This document shows positions 1-15,171 of a stretch of 64,000 bases of DNA, one piece after another (the first letter of the stretch is position 1; each line of letters opens with the position of its first letter). The DNA lies in the NCBI RefSeq assembly GCF_009914755.1, contig NC_060925.1; one strand, 5' to 3'. The stretch comes from the human T2T-CHM13v2.0 reference genome, Homo sapiens. The translations under genes were made by a program, and so were the position numbers. Below the pieces are notes generated by a model that worked only from the letters and a program-made list of their open reading frames with translations, was not told the DNA's origin and did no database searches.

Positions 1-429
1 GGGCCTGTTGCATCCAGAGGGGCAGCTGGTAGAGGTGGCTCTGGAAATACGGGCTCTGGCAGATGATGGAAGGAAGACTGGGGAACAGTTTGATGGACTG
101 ATAGGTTTCCAGAGACTCTCAGCCAGCCTGGATAGTGACCTTTTGCAGGTGGAGCTGGTCAGTTTTGAGGCCTTTCCGTGGAAGTTCTGAAAGCAGAGGT
201 CCCGCCCCTGGAAATCCCCCAGCCTACGCAGGCTTGTTGTTGTCCTGCAGCCCTGTGGGAGCTGCCTGACCCTGGGGCAGGGTGCACGGACTTAGATTAA
301 GGCCAGAACCAAAGGTCAGCTTAACTGGAGTAGTATCCATGGGCTATGCCCCTTTCTTTTTAGCTCTCTGAAGTGTGGATGCTGCAGCATCAGGTTTCTG
401 AAGGGCGGGAAAGGGGAGCTGACGTCAGC

Positions 430-610
430 AGAGCACCTATGGAGCACCTGGCACTGTGCCAAGCAGCCTAGACTCCTCATGACACATGGGTAAAGCAAAC
501 ATTATTATCTCCATTTTTTTTTTAATAGTAGGAAACTGAGGCTCCAAGGGTTGGAAGTAGCTTTTCCCATGTCACGTGACTGGTACTGGGAACTCGAGTC
601 TGCCCTGCTT
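430..610 (-). mobile_element. MIR SINE fragment
   Basis: Antisense MIR core: 'attattatctccattt...aggaaactgaggctc...gtcac'. Confidence 0.6.
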
Positions 611-733
611 CACAGCTCTTGTTCCTGCACAAGTGTCTCCGGAGAGGCTGGGGTACATCAGAACCTCCAGAGGAGGGGACTTGGGAGCTTGATGTTTAAA
701 AAAGCAACACAGGCATGTGCAATGGAGAACTGA

Positions 734-1185
<452 letters not shown>

Positions 1186-1187
1186 TA

Positions 1188-1386
1188 GGCCGGGCACCGT
1201 GACTCATATCTGTAATCCCAGCATTTTGAGAGGCCAAGGTGGTGGTTGTGGTGGGGCTGGGGGGGTCATTTGAGCTCAGCCTGGGCAACACAGTAAGATC
1301 CTGTCTCACTATGGGCAGGGTGGTGCGTGCCTATAGACCTAATCACTTGTGGGGCTGAGGTGGGAGGATCGCTTGAACCCTGGAAT
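1188..1386 (+). mobile_element. Degenerate, internally deleted old Alu (AluJ-like)
   Basis: ggccgggcaccgtgactcatatctgtaatcccagca...; flanked by aaactgt(a/g)ttaact TSD. Confidence 0.8.
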
Positions 1387-1399
1387 AAACTGTGTTAAC

Positions 1400-1580
1400 T
1401 GACTTTCCAGCTATGATGCCTGGGGAAGTCATTTAACCTCTCTTAGCCTCAGTTTTCTTGTCTGTACAATAGGGATCAAAATGTTTACCCTGCAGAACTC
1501 TTGAAGGATTAGGGATGTTATAGGAAATGACTTAGCATAATGCCTGGCCCAGCTAACCACTGAATGAATGGTAGCTGTTA
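1400..1580 (+). mobile_element. MIR SINE
   Basis: aagtcatttaacctctcttagcctcagttttcttgtctgtacaatagggat core. Confidence 0.8.
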
Positions 1581-1658
1581 ACATTAACCAATGCGTCATT
1601 AAATCTTCTTTTTTGTGAGGGGACTGGGGGATTGTTGGCTCCCCTGTGGTCTGCTCAC

Positions 1659-2055
1659 CCATTGCTGAGGCCCCCTCCTTGGCACAGCCTGTTCCATAGA
1701 AAGAGCAGACTGCCAGCCACTCCTCTCCTTCTTCCTGATGAAGCCCAGTGTCCCCACGGGCCATCGGACCCTTGCCCCTGGCGCTTGAGGCTTGGACACA
1801 TGGTGACACCCTCTGCTTTTCAGCTGGCAAGCGTGCCCCCTCTCCAGGCTGGCCCCAGGGCAGGCCGGGCAGGGGGAGCTGGCCTCGTACTGGGGATGCT
1901 GGTCCTCTGCCCTGCTCCTCTGCCAGCTGGGCGGCTGGGCCCGGCAGCAGCTTGGACTAGCTTGAAGGCCCAGCAGGGGCCTCTGTGGGCGGCAGCCTCC
2001 CTGAGCCCCTCTTTTAGCACCGGGCCATCTGGTGCCTCTGTCCCCTTTTGTGTGC
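1659..2055 (-). pseudogene. Exon-like segment of a putative eroded gene or non-coding transcript
   Basis: Minus strand: ttcacttcccctcctctccccgcag| acceptor and ATGG|gtgagc donor around a GC-rich unique segment. Confidence 0.4.
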
Positions 2056-3566
2056 CTGCGGGGAGAGGAGGGGAAGTGAAGGGGGAGGAGACAGGAGATC
2101 TCTCTGGCCAGCTTTCTTCTGAATTGAGGAGAAGGAGGAGTTTGAGACAGAGGGGAGCAGGGCCTGGGAAAGAGGTGGAGGGGACTCTAGGCTTGGGACT
2201 TAGGAGGAAAGGAGGAGGGAGACATGAGAGATGGGGGGGAGAAAGAAAGCCCAGAAGGAACGGACGCTCTAGGATCCTGGGTACGAGAGCTCAAAGGGAG
2301 AAGAGAGCAGAGAGAGCAAGCCAGAACCAGAATGCTGTGTGGAGAGGAAAGGGAGTGCTGCAGAAGAGGGAAGAAAAGCACTCAGGAAAGAACGATGTCC
2401 AGGAGTTGAAAGGGGTGCAAGACTCTCTCCAAGTACAATGTGTTAAGTTGGTGCCTTATTTCTGTTCTTGGAAAGAGGAAGTGAGAGTGTGTGGGTCGGA
2501 TGCCCTTCCCTGGTCAGGCTGAGGGTCAAAGGGAGGGGCGGCTGAGACCTGCAGCGTGAATTTCCGCAGAGCAGCCTGGGGCCCAGCCTGGCCCTGCCCA
2601 GTGGCCATGCAGGTTGGTTCCCAGTCATGGCAGGCACCAACTGCGGACTCCCTAGGGGTGGGAAGAAAACGTCTCCTACTAATACCCCTTTGATGGGGTT
2701 CACCTGGGGAGTAAAAATGCATTACTGAGGGCATTAGAGGCATGACTTTAAAGAATGTCACGTTTGGGATTTTACAGGCTTTGAAGCACCTGTCCCCTGC
2801 CGGATGGCAGAACATCCCGTGTCTTCCATCAGGTCCCAATGGCGTGGCATGAATGATGCAGACACAGGAATAACAATAAAAGCATGTGGCTTTGTGCTTC
2901 TCTGGTGCCATGTTCATTTGGGCTCACGGTCTGCATTTGGTGTAGTCACAGAGGACACAGAGAATGGGCTATTTTCTCTGCTGAGGACAATACAGACTGG
3001 ACTTGGGTTGAATGCCTGCCTTTCCCTGGCTCTGTTCCTGGAGCCCGCTCAGAGTTGAGCTCCTCTCCCTGCTGAGTTCTTCCAGGCAGTGGCCCCCTCC
3101 CTCTACACTCTGGCCCTGAGGTGTGGTTAGCCCAAAATCTGCCAAGTCATCTGCATAAGGCCTTATCAGGGTGTGTCTTCCAGTCCCATCTGGAAAGTAC
3201 TGTCCTTGAAGTGGGAAATCTTTGCAAATGAACGCACGACTGAGGCACTGGGAGAGCACACTAGGCATGAGAAAGTTGAGTGTGACTGATTTAGTGCATG
3301 TAGGTCCATTTAACATCAACCAAGTGTCAAGATTTTTTTCTTCCACCATTAAGTTCACTTGAAGATCACAGGCTGGCAGCTCTAGGAAGCACTTTGCAGC
3401 TCCAGTGCTGGTGTGGGGGTGCTCCATCCTGCCTCAAAATGTCCCTGCAGTGGTTCAGCCCTGCTGGGCTCTGGAGGAGAATGTGCCTTAGACATGCTCC
3501 CCGAGGAGCCATGGGGAGCAGGGCAGGCCACGGGGGAAGCAATTGCTGCCAGCGGGGCACGCTCAC

Positions 3567-3705
3567 CTTGAGGAAGGGCAGGCTGCGGCTCAGAAGATCC
3601 CTGAGCAAGGTCACCAGATGCGGCCAGCGGACAGCTGACAGCAAGCAGAGATCTTGGGAGATGTCTGTTCGTGTGCATCTGCAGACAGGCTCACAGCTGA
3701 GCCAC
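3567..3705 (-). pseudogene. 139-nt exon-like segment with in-frame TGA
   Basis: Minus strand: cccttcttcag| acceptor and AAG|gtgagc donor; frame 0 reads VAQL*ACLQMHTNRHLPRS...ALPQ. Confidence 0.45.
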
Positions 3706-4188
3706 CTGAAGAAGGGCTAGAGATGACTTGCAGCAACTGCTGTGTATCGAGCACTTACGACGTGCAGGGCTTTGCACGGCAGGTGGTCCCAATCAGTCCT
3801 TGCAGCACCCTTGAGAAGGATGAAGAAGCCGTGGCCCAGAGAGGCTAAGGGACTTGCCCACCATCACACAGCCAATAAGGGGCGAAACTGCTCTCCAAAC
3901 TGTGGCCAGGGGTCAACAAAGGCTGGGCCTGAAGGAGTGCAGTGGAGGAGGGGCACAGCTGGTGGGGGTGTCAGGGAGGGTTGCATGGAGGAGGCCTTGA
4001 AGAATGAGCAGGACATTGACTCTTGGAAGGGTGACATTTCTTCCAAATGGAGAAAATAGCAGGCACCAAAGCACAGGGCCTATTTTGGGATCTGAGAAAA
4101 GGGCAGATTGTGGAGTGCTGTTTGGAAGAGTCAGGCCAGGGAGGCATGTTGTCCATTTGTGGAGTCTTTTTTTTTTTTCCATTCTCCA

Positions 4189-4189
4189 T

Positions 4190-4228
<39 letters not shown>

Positions 4229-4347
4229 TTTGAGATGAGGTCTCACTATGTTGCCCAGGCTGGCCCTGAACTCCTGGGATGCGGTGATCCTCCCACCTCA
4301 GTCTTGCTAGTAGCAGGGATTACAGACCTGTGCCACATCACCTGGTT
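4189..4347 (-). mobile_element. Alu monomer (FLAM-like) with (TTTA)n tail
   Basis: (ttta)n then gagatgaggtctcactatgttgcccaggctgg. Confidence 0.85.
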
Positions 4348-4822
4348 CATTGTATGAAGTCTTAATGCCACTCGGGGAGGCTGTATTTTCTTTATAGGGG
4401 TGGGGTCTGATGATGGTTTTGATGAGGGAAGTCCCATGGGTGGGCCTGTCCTGGCAGTGGCCTGAGGGGTTGGAATGCAGGGGAACAAAGAGCAGCAGGG
4501 CTGAGGCAGAAAAGCACTGTGGGGGCACAAAGATGGAGGGGTGGTGAGGAGGCCGCATCTACAGGGACACTGGGTGGGGACAGGGGATGAGTGGGTGAGA
4601 GTCGGGGCCTGAGAGGATTCAAAAGTGACTGAAATGATGATGGAGGGGTTATTTATAGAAATGGGGAAGTCACAGAGAGAAGGTGCCTTTGAGTCGGGGA
4701 GGGGACGGGAAGAAGAAGGAGGGAGTGGATTTTTATTTTGAACCTGGTGGTTGTCAGTGGTTTGCTGGACCTTCGGGGGGGCCAACAGTGAACAGCAGGG
4801 GCTCCCTGATAATCAACCCTAA

Positions 4823-5961
<1,139 letters not shown>

Positions 5962-7448
5962 TCTTCCCTCCTCTTTTCAAACACTCTACTGGTACAGGGG
6001 AAAAACTTTTTGAACTCAAATTTTGGACTTGAATTAATTCCAATTCTAGGAAGAAGCAAATGGGAGTGTAAATAAGATTCATTCATTCATTTTCTCACCC
6101 AGGAAGTGTGTATATTGTGTCTACTCCATGTCGGATAAATGATAGCTAAGCTAAAATCCCCCCCACCCCAGAAGAGGTAAGAGTTGGGAGGTACAGACAC
6201 GTAAACAGGCAAGAACAGTATAGGAGCAGCCCATGACCCAGATTTGGGGAGCTTGGGGGTGCCTCTGCAGAGAAAATATTGCCTCAGCTGAGACCTGAGG
6301 TAGGTAGGAAACTGACCCAGGCAGGGGGAAAGGGACAACAGTGATCTCTGCAATGAGAACAGCAGGAGCAAAGGCCTGGATGAGACAGCATCCCCACCTC
6401 ACTAAGGCACTAGAAGATCATCAGCTTAAGGAAACCAGCGATTCTAAAGACGCCTGCCCAGTAGGTCTCAACCCTGGCTGCACATTAGAATTACCTGGAA
6501 GCTTGAAAAAAATGCAGCAGTCTAGTCCCCCATCCCTAGAGGTTCTGATTCCCTGGGTCTGGGGAAGGTCATGGACACTGGCATTTAAAAAGTTCCCAAG
6601 CTCCCCATATGAGTCTAACCTGCAGCCTGGGCTGAGGACGCTACCACTGGTTTGTTTACTGAGGTTTGCTAATTACAGGCTGGTCTTATTCAAGGGAGTG
6701 AGGGGTTGAAGCTGCTGAGTATAGTGGGAAGAAGGGAACAGCAGGTCTTTAAAATGAGTCTGCTTTGCATCCCTGAACTGACTGAGCCAGTGGCACTCTC
6801 TACAGAGAGCCAGCTTCTCCCCATTTCCCCTCCTCTCCATCTCTTTGTTCCCACTGCCACCACCTTGTGCTGGCCCCTTGCCTCTCCAGGGATCGCCCAA
6901 CCAGGCCCCTGCTGCTCAGGCAGTCAGCATGACCTTGACCCAAGGCACAGACAGGTTCCTGCGGCTCCTGGCCTGGATGGGATACGCCCACCTCCCACAG
7001 GCTCCTGAGAGAGCACATGGCCGTAATCCTCCAGCCTCACACCTGCTACCCCTCGCTTCACAACTTCTTCTACCCTGAGAAACCCCACACTTGTCATTCC
7101 CTCCCCACCTTCATTTCCCTTCCTGGAATGTCCTCTCTGCCTTCTCTACCTGAATTCCCTGTGTTCCTTCAAGAGGCTCAGGCGACAGACCCTGTAGGTG
7201 AATTCAGTGCATTCTCTGCACACCCAGCCCGCACTGCCTGCCCACATGCCTGCGTGGGAATGGTTAAGACCAGATTTCTCCAGCAGCCTTCAGCCTTTGC
7301 TTCCCAGGCCTAGTGGCCCCCAGCACAGAGCAGGCGCTCAGGGAAGGTGAATTAATGAGTGCAGCTGAGGTAAGGGCAGCGGCCAGGGCCTGCCTGCAGA
7401 TATTCATGCCATTTGGGCTGCTCTCCTGTTTTGAAATGAGGAAATTGT

Positions 7449-7831
<383 letters not shown>

Positions 7832-9613
7832 TCAGGTTTGAGATTGTTGCCTCCAGGGTTTTTCCGGCTTTGTGTTGACAATGCCAGATTTTCAAGGCGG
7901 GGTGGAGGAGCGTGGGAATTAGGGGAAGCTGCTATGTGACCCGCATCTTTCCTCTGTCTTCCACCCAAGTGTCCTTGTGCCCCCAGCTACTTTCTCCAAT
8001 TTGCCTGATTTCATCCTGGGTGTTTTGTGTTTGGCTTTCACTACTGACTTCTCCTGTGGGCCCCCTGACAGTGACCGTGACTCTTAAACAGCCTTGTGGT
8101 TTCACAGTGCCATCCCTGCCAGGCGCTAGTTTCTTCAGAGCCTTGGTCCCCCAGCTTGGGAGCCTGGGGATGGGTGTGCCCCATGGGAGGGGCAGGCAAG
8201 GACAGAGAGCAGCGAGACTGTAGTGGGGTGTTTCTGCCTGTGTGTCCCTGGGTGTCTGCATCTGCGTGGCAGCAGCCCAGCATGAGGCTGAGGGTGAGGG
8301 AGGCATGCCCGGGCATGTCTGCTGGGGCAGGCTGGCCAGGTTCCTGAGAAGACCAAGGAGATCCTTGGGAGAGGTGACTGGATCTGAGGCATGGAGAGAA
8401 CGCCCGAGTCGGGAGGGAGGCGAGCCGGAGCAGGGATGGGTATTGATGAGGAGGCTGTAATGGGGGTGGCTGGTAGTAGTGGTGGGTAGCATTTATTGAC
8501 TACTTACCAGATGCCTGGCACTGGGCTTAGGTCTTTTACATATCTTGGATCGTTTAGTCCTTAGAACAACACCATGAAGTGAGATTTATCTCCGCTTTTC
8601 AGATTTTACATTTTGCAGTTTACAGATAAGGAAACTGAGGCTCACGTCACCAGTCATCATTGGAGTCCCTGCCTGTCTGAGCCTCTGACTACTGTCCTCT
8701 CTGGAGAACTTGAGAGCCCTTGTGGGGACATCTGGAACTGCTGGGTGGGGTTCTAGGGGTGGGGGAGCTGCAGCGGTGTGGTTCAGAGCCAGGCAAATAT
8801 GGATTTCTATTGTTTTTGTGTCTCAGACTGGCAGGGTCTAAGAAGCCTTGGGTAACTTTTATAGATCTTTAAAAAACTGAATTGTTTTCACGCTGGATTC
8901 CAAGATAATAAACTTTCTTTAGCCTTTGTTCATAAGGAGGTGCAGCTTTCTCTAAAAGACTCCTTCAGAATGCTGCCTGTGATGGCTCCTCTGGGCCATA
9001 CTACTACGAACCGGCATAAAAACTAACAGCTCAAACCCTCCTGGGTCAAACTACAGAAGAAAACAATTCCTGGAGTGTCATAGTTGGCCACAAGCTGAAC
9101 ATGAGTAAGCAGCAGAGATGCTGATTTATAAGAAAAAGCTGATTTGTGACAGTGTGATCTGCAAAAGAGGGAACTGTCCTCCTCTGTCCTCCGCCTGCAA
9201 TTTGTGTAAGGCCGAGTGACTTCCTCTGAGTTGTTCCCAAGGCTTTATTTCTAGACCGCTTGTTAGGAACGCAGAACCCCTTGCCTTGCAGAATTACTGT
9301 GGGAATGGAGGCACAGTTCTGAAGCTAGCTTGGAAATGCCCACCTATAGCTCAGAACCTCATATTTATGAGAAAACAATAGGAGAAAGCAATTCAGCTGT
9401 GATGTGCAGCTGATTTTCACCATTCCTTTGCTATGACCAGGAAATGCCCCATTGGACACTTTGTGAAGGGAGCGATGATGTCATGGCCAGAGGCACAGCT
9501 TCTTTTAATATTCAGGTTGTTAGTATTTGGCGAAGCCTGCCTCTTTCCACCCCCAACCCCTACTGGATTTTTCTGGAAGGCTTTTAGCTCTTCCCTCAAT
9601 TGTGCGCACGTGT

Positions 9614-10330
9614 GCACACACACACAGAGACACACACACGGACATACCCCCCACAGACAGACACAAACATATCATATACATAGAGACACACACACAGACA
9701 CACTACACACATAGACACACCACACACACAAACACACACCACAGACACACAGACACTCCACACACAGACACACCACAGACACACAGACACACCACACACA
9801 TACCACACAGATAGACACACCACACAGACACACCACAGACACACAGACACACCACACACACAGACACACCACAGACACACAGACACACCACACACACAGA
9901 CATACGCCACACACACAGACACACATCACACACAGACACACCACAGACACATAGACACACCACACACAGAGACATACGCCACACACACAAACACACATCA
10001 CACACAGACACACCACAGACACATAGACACACCACACACAGAGACATACCACACACACACAGACACACCACACACACAGACACACCACAGACAGACACAC
10101 CACACACATAGACACACCACACACATGGACATACCACACACACAAAGAGACACCACACACACAAACACACCACAGACACACCACACACACAGACACACCA
10201 CACATACAGACACACCACACACACAGACACACCACACACAGACACGCACCACACACAGACATACCACACAGAGACACAGCACACACACAGACACACCACA
10301 CACACACAGAGACACGGAGCACGCACACAG
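9614..10330. repeat. Complex (CA)-rich microsatellite/VNTR, ~0.7 kb
   Basis: Interspersed cacagacacac/cacca units with a 72-bp higher-order unit. Confidence 0.95.
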
Positions 10331-10593
10331 ACAGCGGGGCCTGCCTTGAGCAGCTCCTCACCTCTGTGGATGCGTGACCACTTCCCTCACCCCAGTGTCT
10401 CTGACTCCCAGGGTGAGATGCTCCTTCACACACTGTCCTAAAGTCTGACAACAACAATATGCCAATGGTTAGTCCTGCCTCCAAAATACACCTCCCTTCA
10501 GATTGTATCTCCATCCTTCTAGGGCCTTCCGTCTTCTTCGCCAACCCCGAGTCATTGCTTCTCATCCACACAAGGTGATCACCTATGGGACTC

Positions 10594-10872
10594 TTTGTTT
10601 TTGAGATGAAGTCTTGTTCTGTCACCCAGGCTGGAGTGCAGTGGTGTGATCTCAACTCACTGCAACCTCTGCCTCCCGGGTTCAAGCAATTCTCTGCCTC
10701 AGCCTCCTGAGTAGCTGGGATTACAGGCACACAGCACCACGCCTGGCTAATTTTTGCATTTTTGCATTTTTAGTAGAGTCAGGGTTTCACCATGTTGGCC
10801 AGGCTGGTCGTGAACCCCTTGACCGCCTCGGCCTCCCACAGTGCTGGGATTACAGGCGTGAGCCACCACACC
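10594..10872 (-). mobile_element. AluS with small internal deletion
   Basis: Antisense Alu body; TSD cctatgggactctt. Confidence 0.92.
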
Positions 10873-11039
10873 CCACCCGCCTATGGGACTCTTGATTCCC
10901 CACTGGCACCCCTGCGCCGACCCCAGGTTCCATTCCCCTCTTGGTAGCTGGAGTGAGCGCTGAACTGTCTGTCAGGCCATGCTGCTTCCCAGCCTTGAGA
11001 GTGAAACCCCCGGCTTTGAGCCTGTCCCTGTCCCTCTGC

Positions 11040-11440
11040 TCCTCCTGCTTCTCGCCTCCTTTCTCTTTTCTCTACCACCACATTGCCCTGGGCTGCCTGA
11101 AGACATCCAGCTCCTTCCTGGCTCTGGGCTCCTTCTGTGGCTGTCCTGAGACTGTAGGATGCACCTGTCAGGTGTAGTTTAAATCTTGGCCTCCACCTCA
11201 GAGACATCTTCCTTGATGTCCCTTCCTAAAGTGGCCTCCCTCTACTCTCTTGGCTGATCCCATTTGTTCCTTCAGAGAACAAAAAAACAATCCACAGTGC
11301 TCTGTTTTTTCATGCGTGTCCTTTTACATTGTGTCTCCTCCACCAGAATGTAATTTTGGAAGCCTGTTAATAGTTATAGTTGCAGAGTCCAGAACAGTGC
11401 TTGACTGTGAGGCTGTTCATAAATGTTTGTTGAATGAAGC
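11040..11440 (+). mobile_element. L2 3' end
   Basis: Ends cataaatgtttgttgaatgaa, the L2 terminus. Confidence 0.65.
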
Positions 11441-11687
11441 ACATTGAAGAGATTGATGACAAAATGCTCCCATGGTCGGGAAGCGTTATGGCGTGAAGGG
11501 ATTTTGGGAGGTGGATGCTATAGAACCTGCCAAGTCGTGCTGGTTGGTGACTGACTCAAAGTGGAGGACAAGCAGAGTTGTGTGAGGGCCTTAGTGGTTA
11601 GAGGGCCCTGCTGGGTTTGGTGAGGATGAGCTTTAGAAGCCCAATCCCTGGAGTCAGTGTCCAGGATGGACATGCCATTGGGGATGA

Positions 11688-12047
<360 letters not shown>

Positions 12048-14019
12048 TAAGTGGGTTGAGAGTAATGTGGCTGGGGTGAAAATAATCACAGTTTAATTGG
12101 TTTTAAATATGCTAATGCCTGTGTTGAAAACACGGTGATGTGAGCAGATGCCGGCACACCTTTGGAGGTGTGACCTTTGTGCCACATGGTGGGATGACTA
12201 ATGAGTGAAAGAGAATCCCCTAAAATAAGTTAGGGGTATGTTTATGAAGAGTCAAGTAGAGTCCTGGGAGAAACAGATTCAGGACACGTGAAGGACTTGG
12301 TGGTAAGGGGAGAGGAACGTATGAATGTAAGAGGCAAAAAGAGCAAGTTCTTTAGATGTTTGTCTAGGGCCGTGAGAAAGAAGTCAAGTATTATCTCTGA
12401 GATATTAAAACAATGGATTTTCACTCTCAGTAATCAAGTGCTCCTATTCACTGAATCAATGGGTTTAGTGGCTTTAGGGAAGCCCCAGACATCCTAGAAC
12501 AGAGAAGCCTTCCTCAGTTTTGTGTTTCAAACTAGATTTTAAAAAGTCCATAGCAAGCTAATAGTCAATAATTTTGAGAGCCTGGTTGATAAGAGGGATA
12601 TATTTTTTCTACTTTCCAAGAAGATCCCTTCTGTAAATCCAGAGCAGAGCTGAGGGGATCTGAGCATGGCTTGATGTGTGAAGCCACAGTGGAGAGAACA
12701 GAGGATTCCACACAAAGGAAGTGCCTGCCCCACAGGAAGGAAGAAAAACCCAGCTGGTGCTGGGAGAGGCTTGGAGGGAGATTGACACAATGAGGGAGCA
12801 GGGTACCATGCTGTGTGCCCCACCCACCACCCATGAACTAAGGGTAGGGGCAAGGTGGTAGAAACAGCCTACATAGGTAGATAGGAGGTAGAAAGTAGAG
12901 AGGCCTGCCGCCTACTTCCCATTTGGATATCTGGGAAGAGAGTCCCTTGCAGGTGTCTGCAGGGCAGCCCCGGCATGGTGGAAATGCTGGCAAATTGTGT
13001 CCTGTCAGAGGAAGGGCTGAGACAGTGGCCCTTGCTTCTCCACGACCTGCATGAAGGTGTATCCGCGACTTCCCAGGTGCCCCCTGTGGCGCATAAGGAG
13101 GCTGGGAATTAAGAGCCAGCGTGCTGCAGAGGTGGGCCTAGGAGACCCCATGGCTGAGCCTCAGAGTGGACAACCAGAGCAGGGCCAGAGGGAGGATGTG
13201 GCTGGGCCCTAGAGGGTCAGCAGTGCCAGGGAGCACTGAGGAGAGGCCCGGGCAGCAGGGGGCTGGTCAGACCATACAAGAGCATGTTCAGGCCATTGCC
13301 TAACCGGAGAGAACAGGTTATAAACATCTCAAACCCAGCCGCACAGGGGCAGGAAAGGGTGTGGCTTAGGGACAGCATATGGGAAAGGCATTTAAGGGTT
13401 TTCATTCATAATAAGGTCAAAATGAGTCCCCAGTGTATTAAGATCTGTAAATAAATGAACAAGTTACAGTCTCCTCAGTGGAACCTGCTCCCATTCTTCT
13501 CAGGGCTGGTCAGCTCCCTTCCGGAGAATTACAGTCATGCTCGGTCTCCCTTCGAGACTGAACAGACAAACCAGACCCCCATACAGAGGAGAGTGGGGAG
13601 AAACCTCCACATAAGAGCAGCTTGCAAGGACTTGAGAACACACAGTCTGGTGAAAGAGAATTTAGGGGTGACACTGCTTAGGTTCTGTATGTTCCCAAGA
13701 GGAGACCCAATGCATGGATGTTATAGGGAGAGAGTTCAGCTCCAAAACCACTAGAACCATCTAATAATTCTAAACTGGCATGGGCTGAACCAGGACACTT
13801 CCTGGATATGGAGCATCCAAGCAGAAGCCAGAACACTGCTATGCAGGAGAGGCAGATGTCTGCCGGGTCATGGACCTGGACAACCTTCAACATTTCTTCC
13901 AACCTTAAGATTTTGTGAATCGCTGAATGAAATTCTAATTTTAAAGTTTCTGACTCAGAGGCAGAGGAGGCTCCTATTTTGAGTCAGAGTACCCAAATGC
14001 AAAGATCCCAGCTCCTTGG

Positions 14020-14231
14020 AGACAGACGGACCTGGCTTCTGAGACTGGCTTTGTCACTCACTAGTTGTGTGCCCTGGAGAACTTCCTTTCCCTTTCTGAA
14101 TTGCAGTGTTCTCAGCTGGAAGATGGAGATATTTACCTGGCAGGGTGTTGTTGGCATTAAGTGAATCAATGTAGTAAACATGGCCAATTGTGTGTGTGCA
14201 CACGTGTGTGTGTGTATGTGTGTGTGTGTGT
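14020..14231 (+). mobile_element. MIR followed by (TG)n
   Basis: ctcactagttgtgtgccctgg...ttctcagctggaagatggagat; (tg)n at ~14188-14231. Confidence 0.6.
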
Positions 14232-14527
14232 TAGTGGGGGTAGGAGGAGTATAGGATGTTTGCCATGCTAGAAAATCGTATTATTGCCTACTGGTTAATT
14301 TTCTTTTTCCTAAGACCAGCTTACAGAGCAATGGAACACTGAGTTTAATGAAAAGATGAAACAGATGCTGATGTGGTGTGGACAGATACTGGTTGGAATC
14401 CTCTTAGCAGAGAAGGGAAAGTTCTGATATGGGGAAGATGGGGGAGGCACCTGTGACTATGCTGGAGGAAAGGGCAAGAGGAAGTCACCCCCTGAGGGCC
14501 ACAGGTGGATACCCTCTGGTGCTGTAC

Positions 14528-15171
14528 CTGGGCTTCTGGCCATGGGATGAGTTGAGCTGTGTGGTGCTCACTGTCTTTCCGGAAAGGAATGGGCCTGGAC
14601 CGATCTGCCTCCCCCCATGACTATCTGCAGGTGACACCAGATCTGCAGTGACCTTCAGCTATGAAGTGGGCACAGGTTTCCTTTTAGCCCTCCCCACCTC
14701 GGCTTTCTGCACTTGTTCCTGCCAGCCCCCACTCCCTCTTACTTCATTCCTAATTCCTTCCTCCATCACATTTTTTCCCTTAGAAGCTCATGTACATAAG
14801 GAGGTATGAAGGACTGGTAAAGCTACAAGCCCGACCTCTACCAGGGATGCTTGCATTTCAACTCTCAGCCACTGCCATTCTCCACTGGGGGCCTCTCTCC
14901 CACAGTGTGAGAGTGTGGGTGGGCGTGGTGCAGCTGGCACCATGCTGATGTCTGTCTCTTTGCAAAGCTGACCTACCCTGGGTCAGGTCCTGGCTGCCTT
15001 GAGTACTGGGAGAGGGTGGTGAAAAACAGGCCCAAAGCTCTGTGGGGAGCAGCCCCTTCTCCCCTGGCCTTTGGCTAGGAGGAAGTGAGTGGGTCCTGCC
15101 TTGGGGCCTCCACTTCCGGGGCCTCGAGGGCTGAGGCTGACTCGATGATTCCTGGAAGGTGATGATGTCAT
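14528..15171 (-). pseudogene. Decayed coding-like segment containing a frameshifted CCCH zinc finger
   Basis: 14674-14617 reads CAHFIAEGHCRSGVTCR-[1 nt]-SH, C-x8-C-x5-C-x3-H with a 2-nt deletion; followed by CAG|gtacag donor at 14528. Confidence 0.4.

Noticed and set aside
1632-2522. 296-aa + strand ORF
   Set aside because: Non-ATG start, GC/purine-rich low-complexity composition and no domain; the splice signals here point to the minus strand
9596-10730. 352-aa, 207-aa and other Cys/Val-rich ORFs
   Set aside because: They are translations of the (TG/CA) repeat joined to Alu sequence; such repeats contain few stop codons
12960-13075. GYTFMQVVEKQGPLSQ, resembling a kinase subdomain V-VI region
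   Set aside because: No HRD, DFG or glycine-loop motifs nearby
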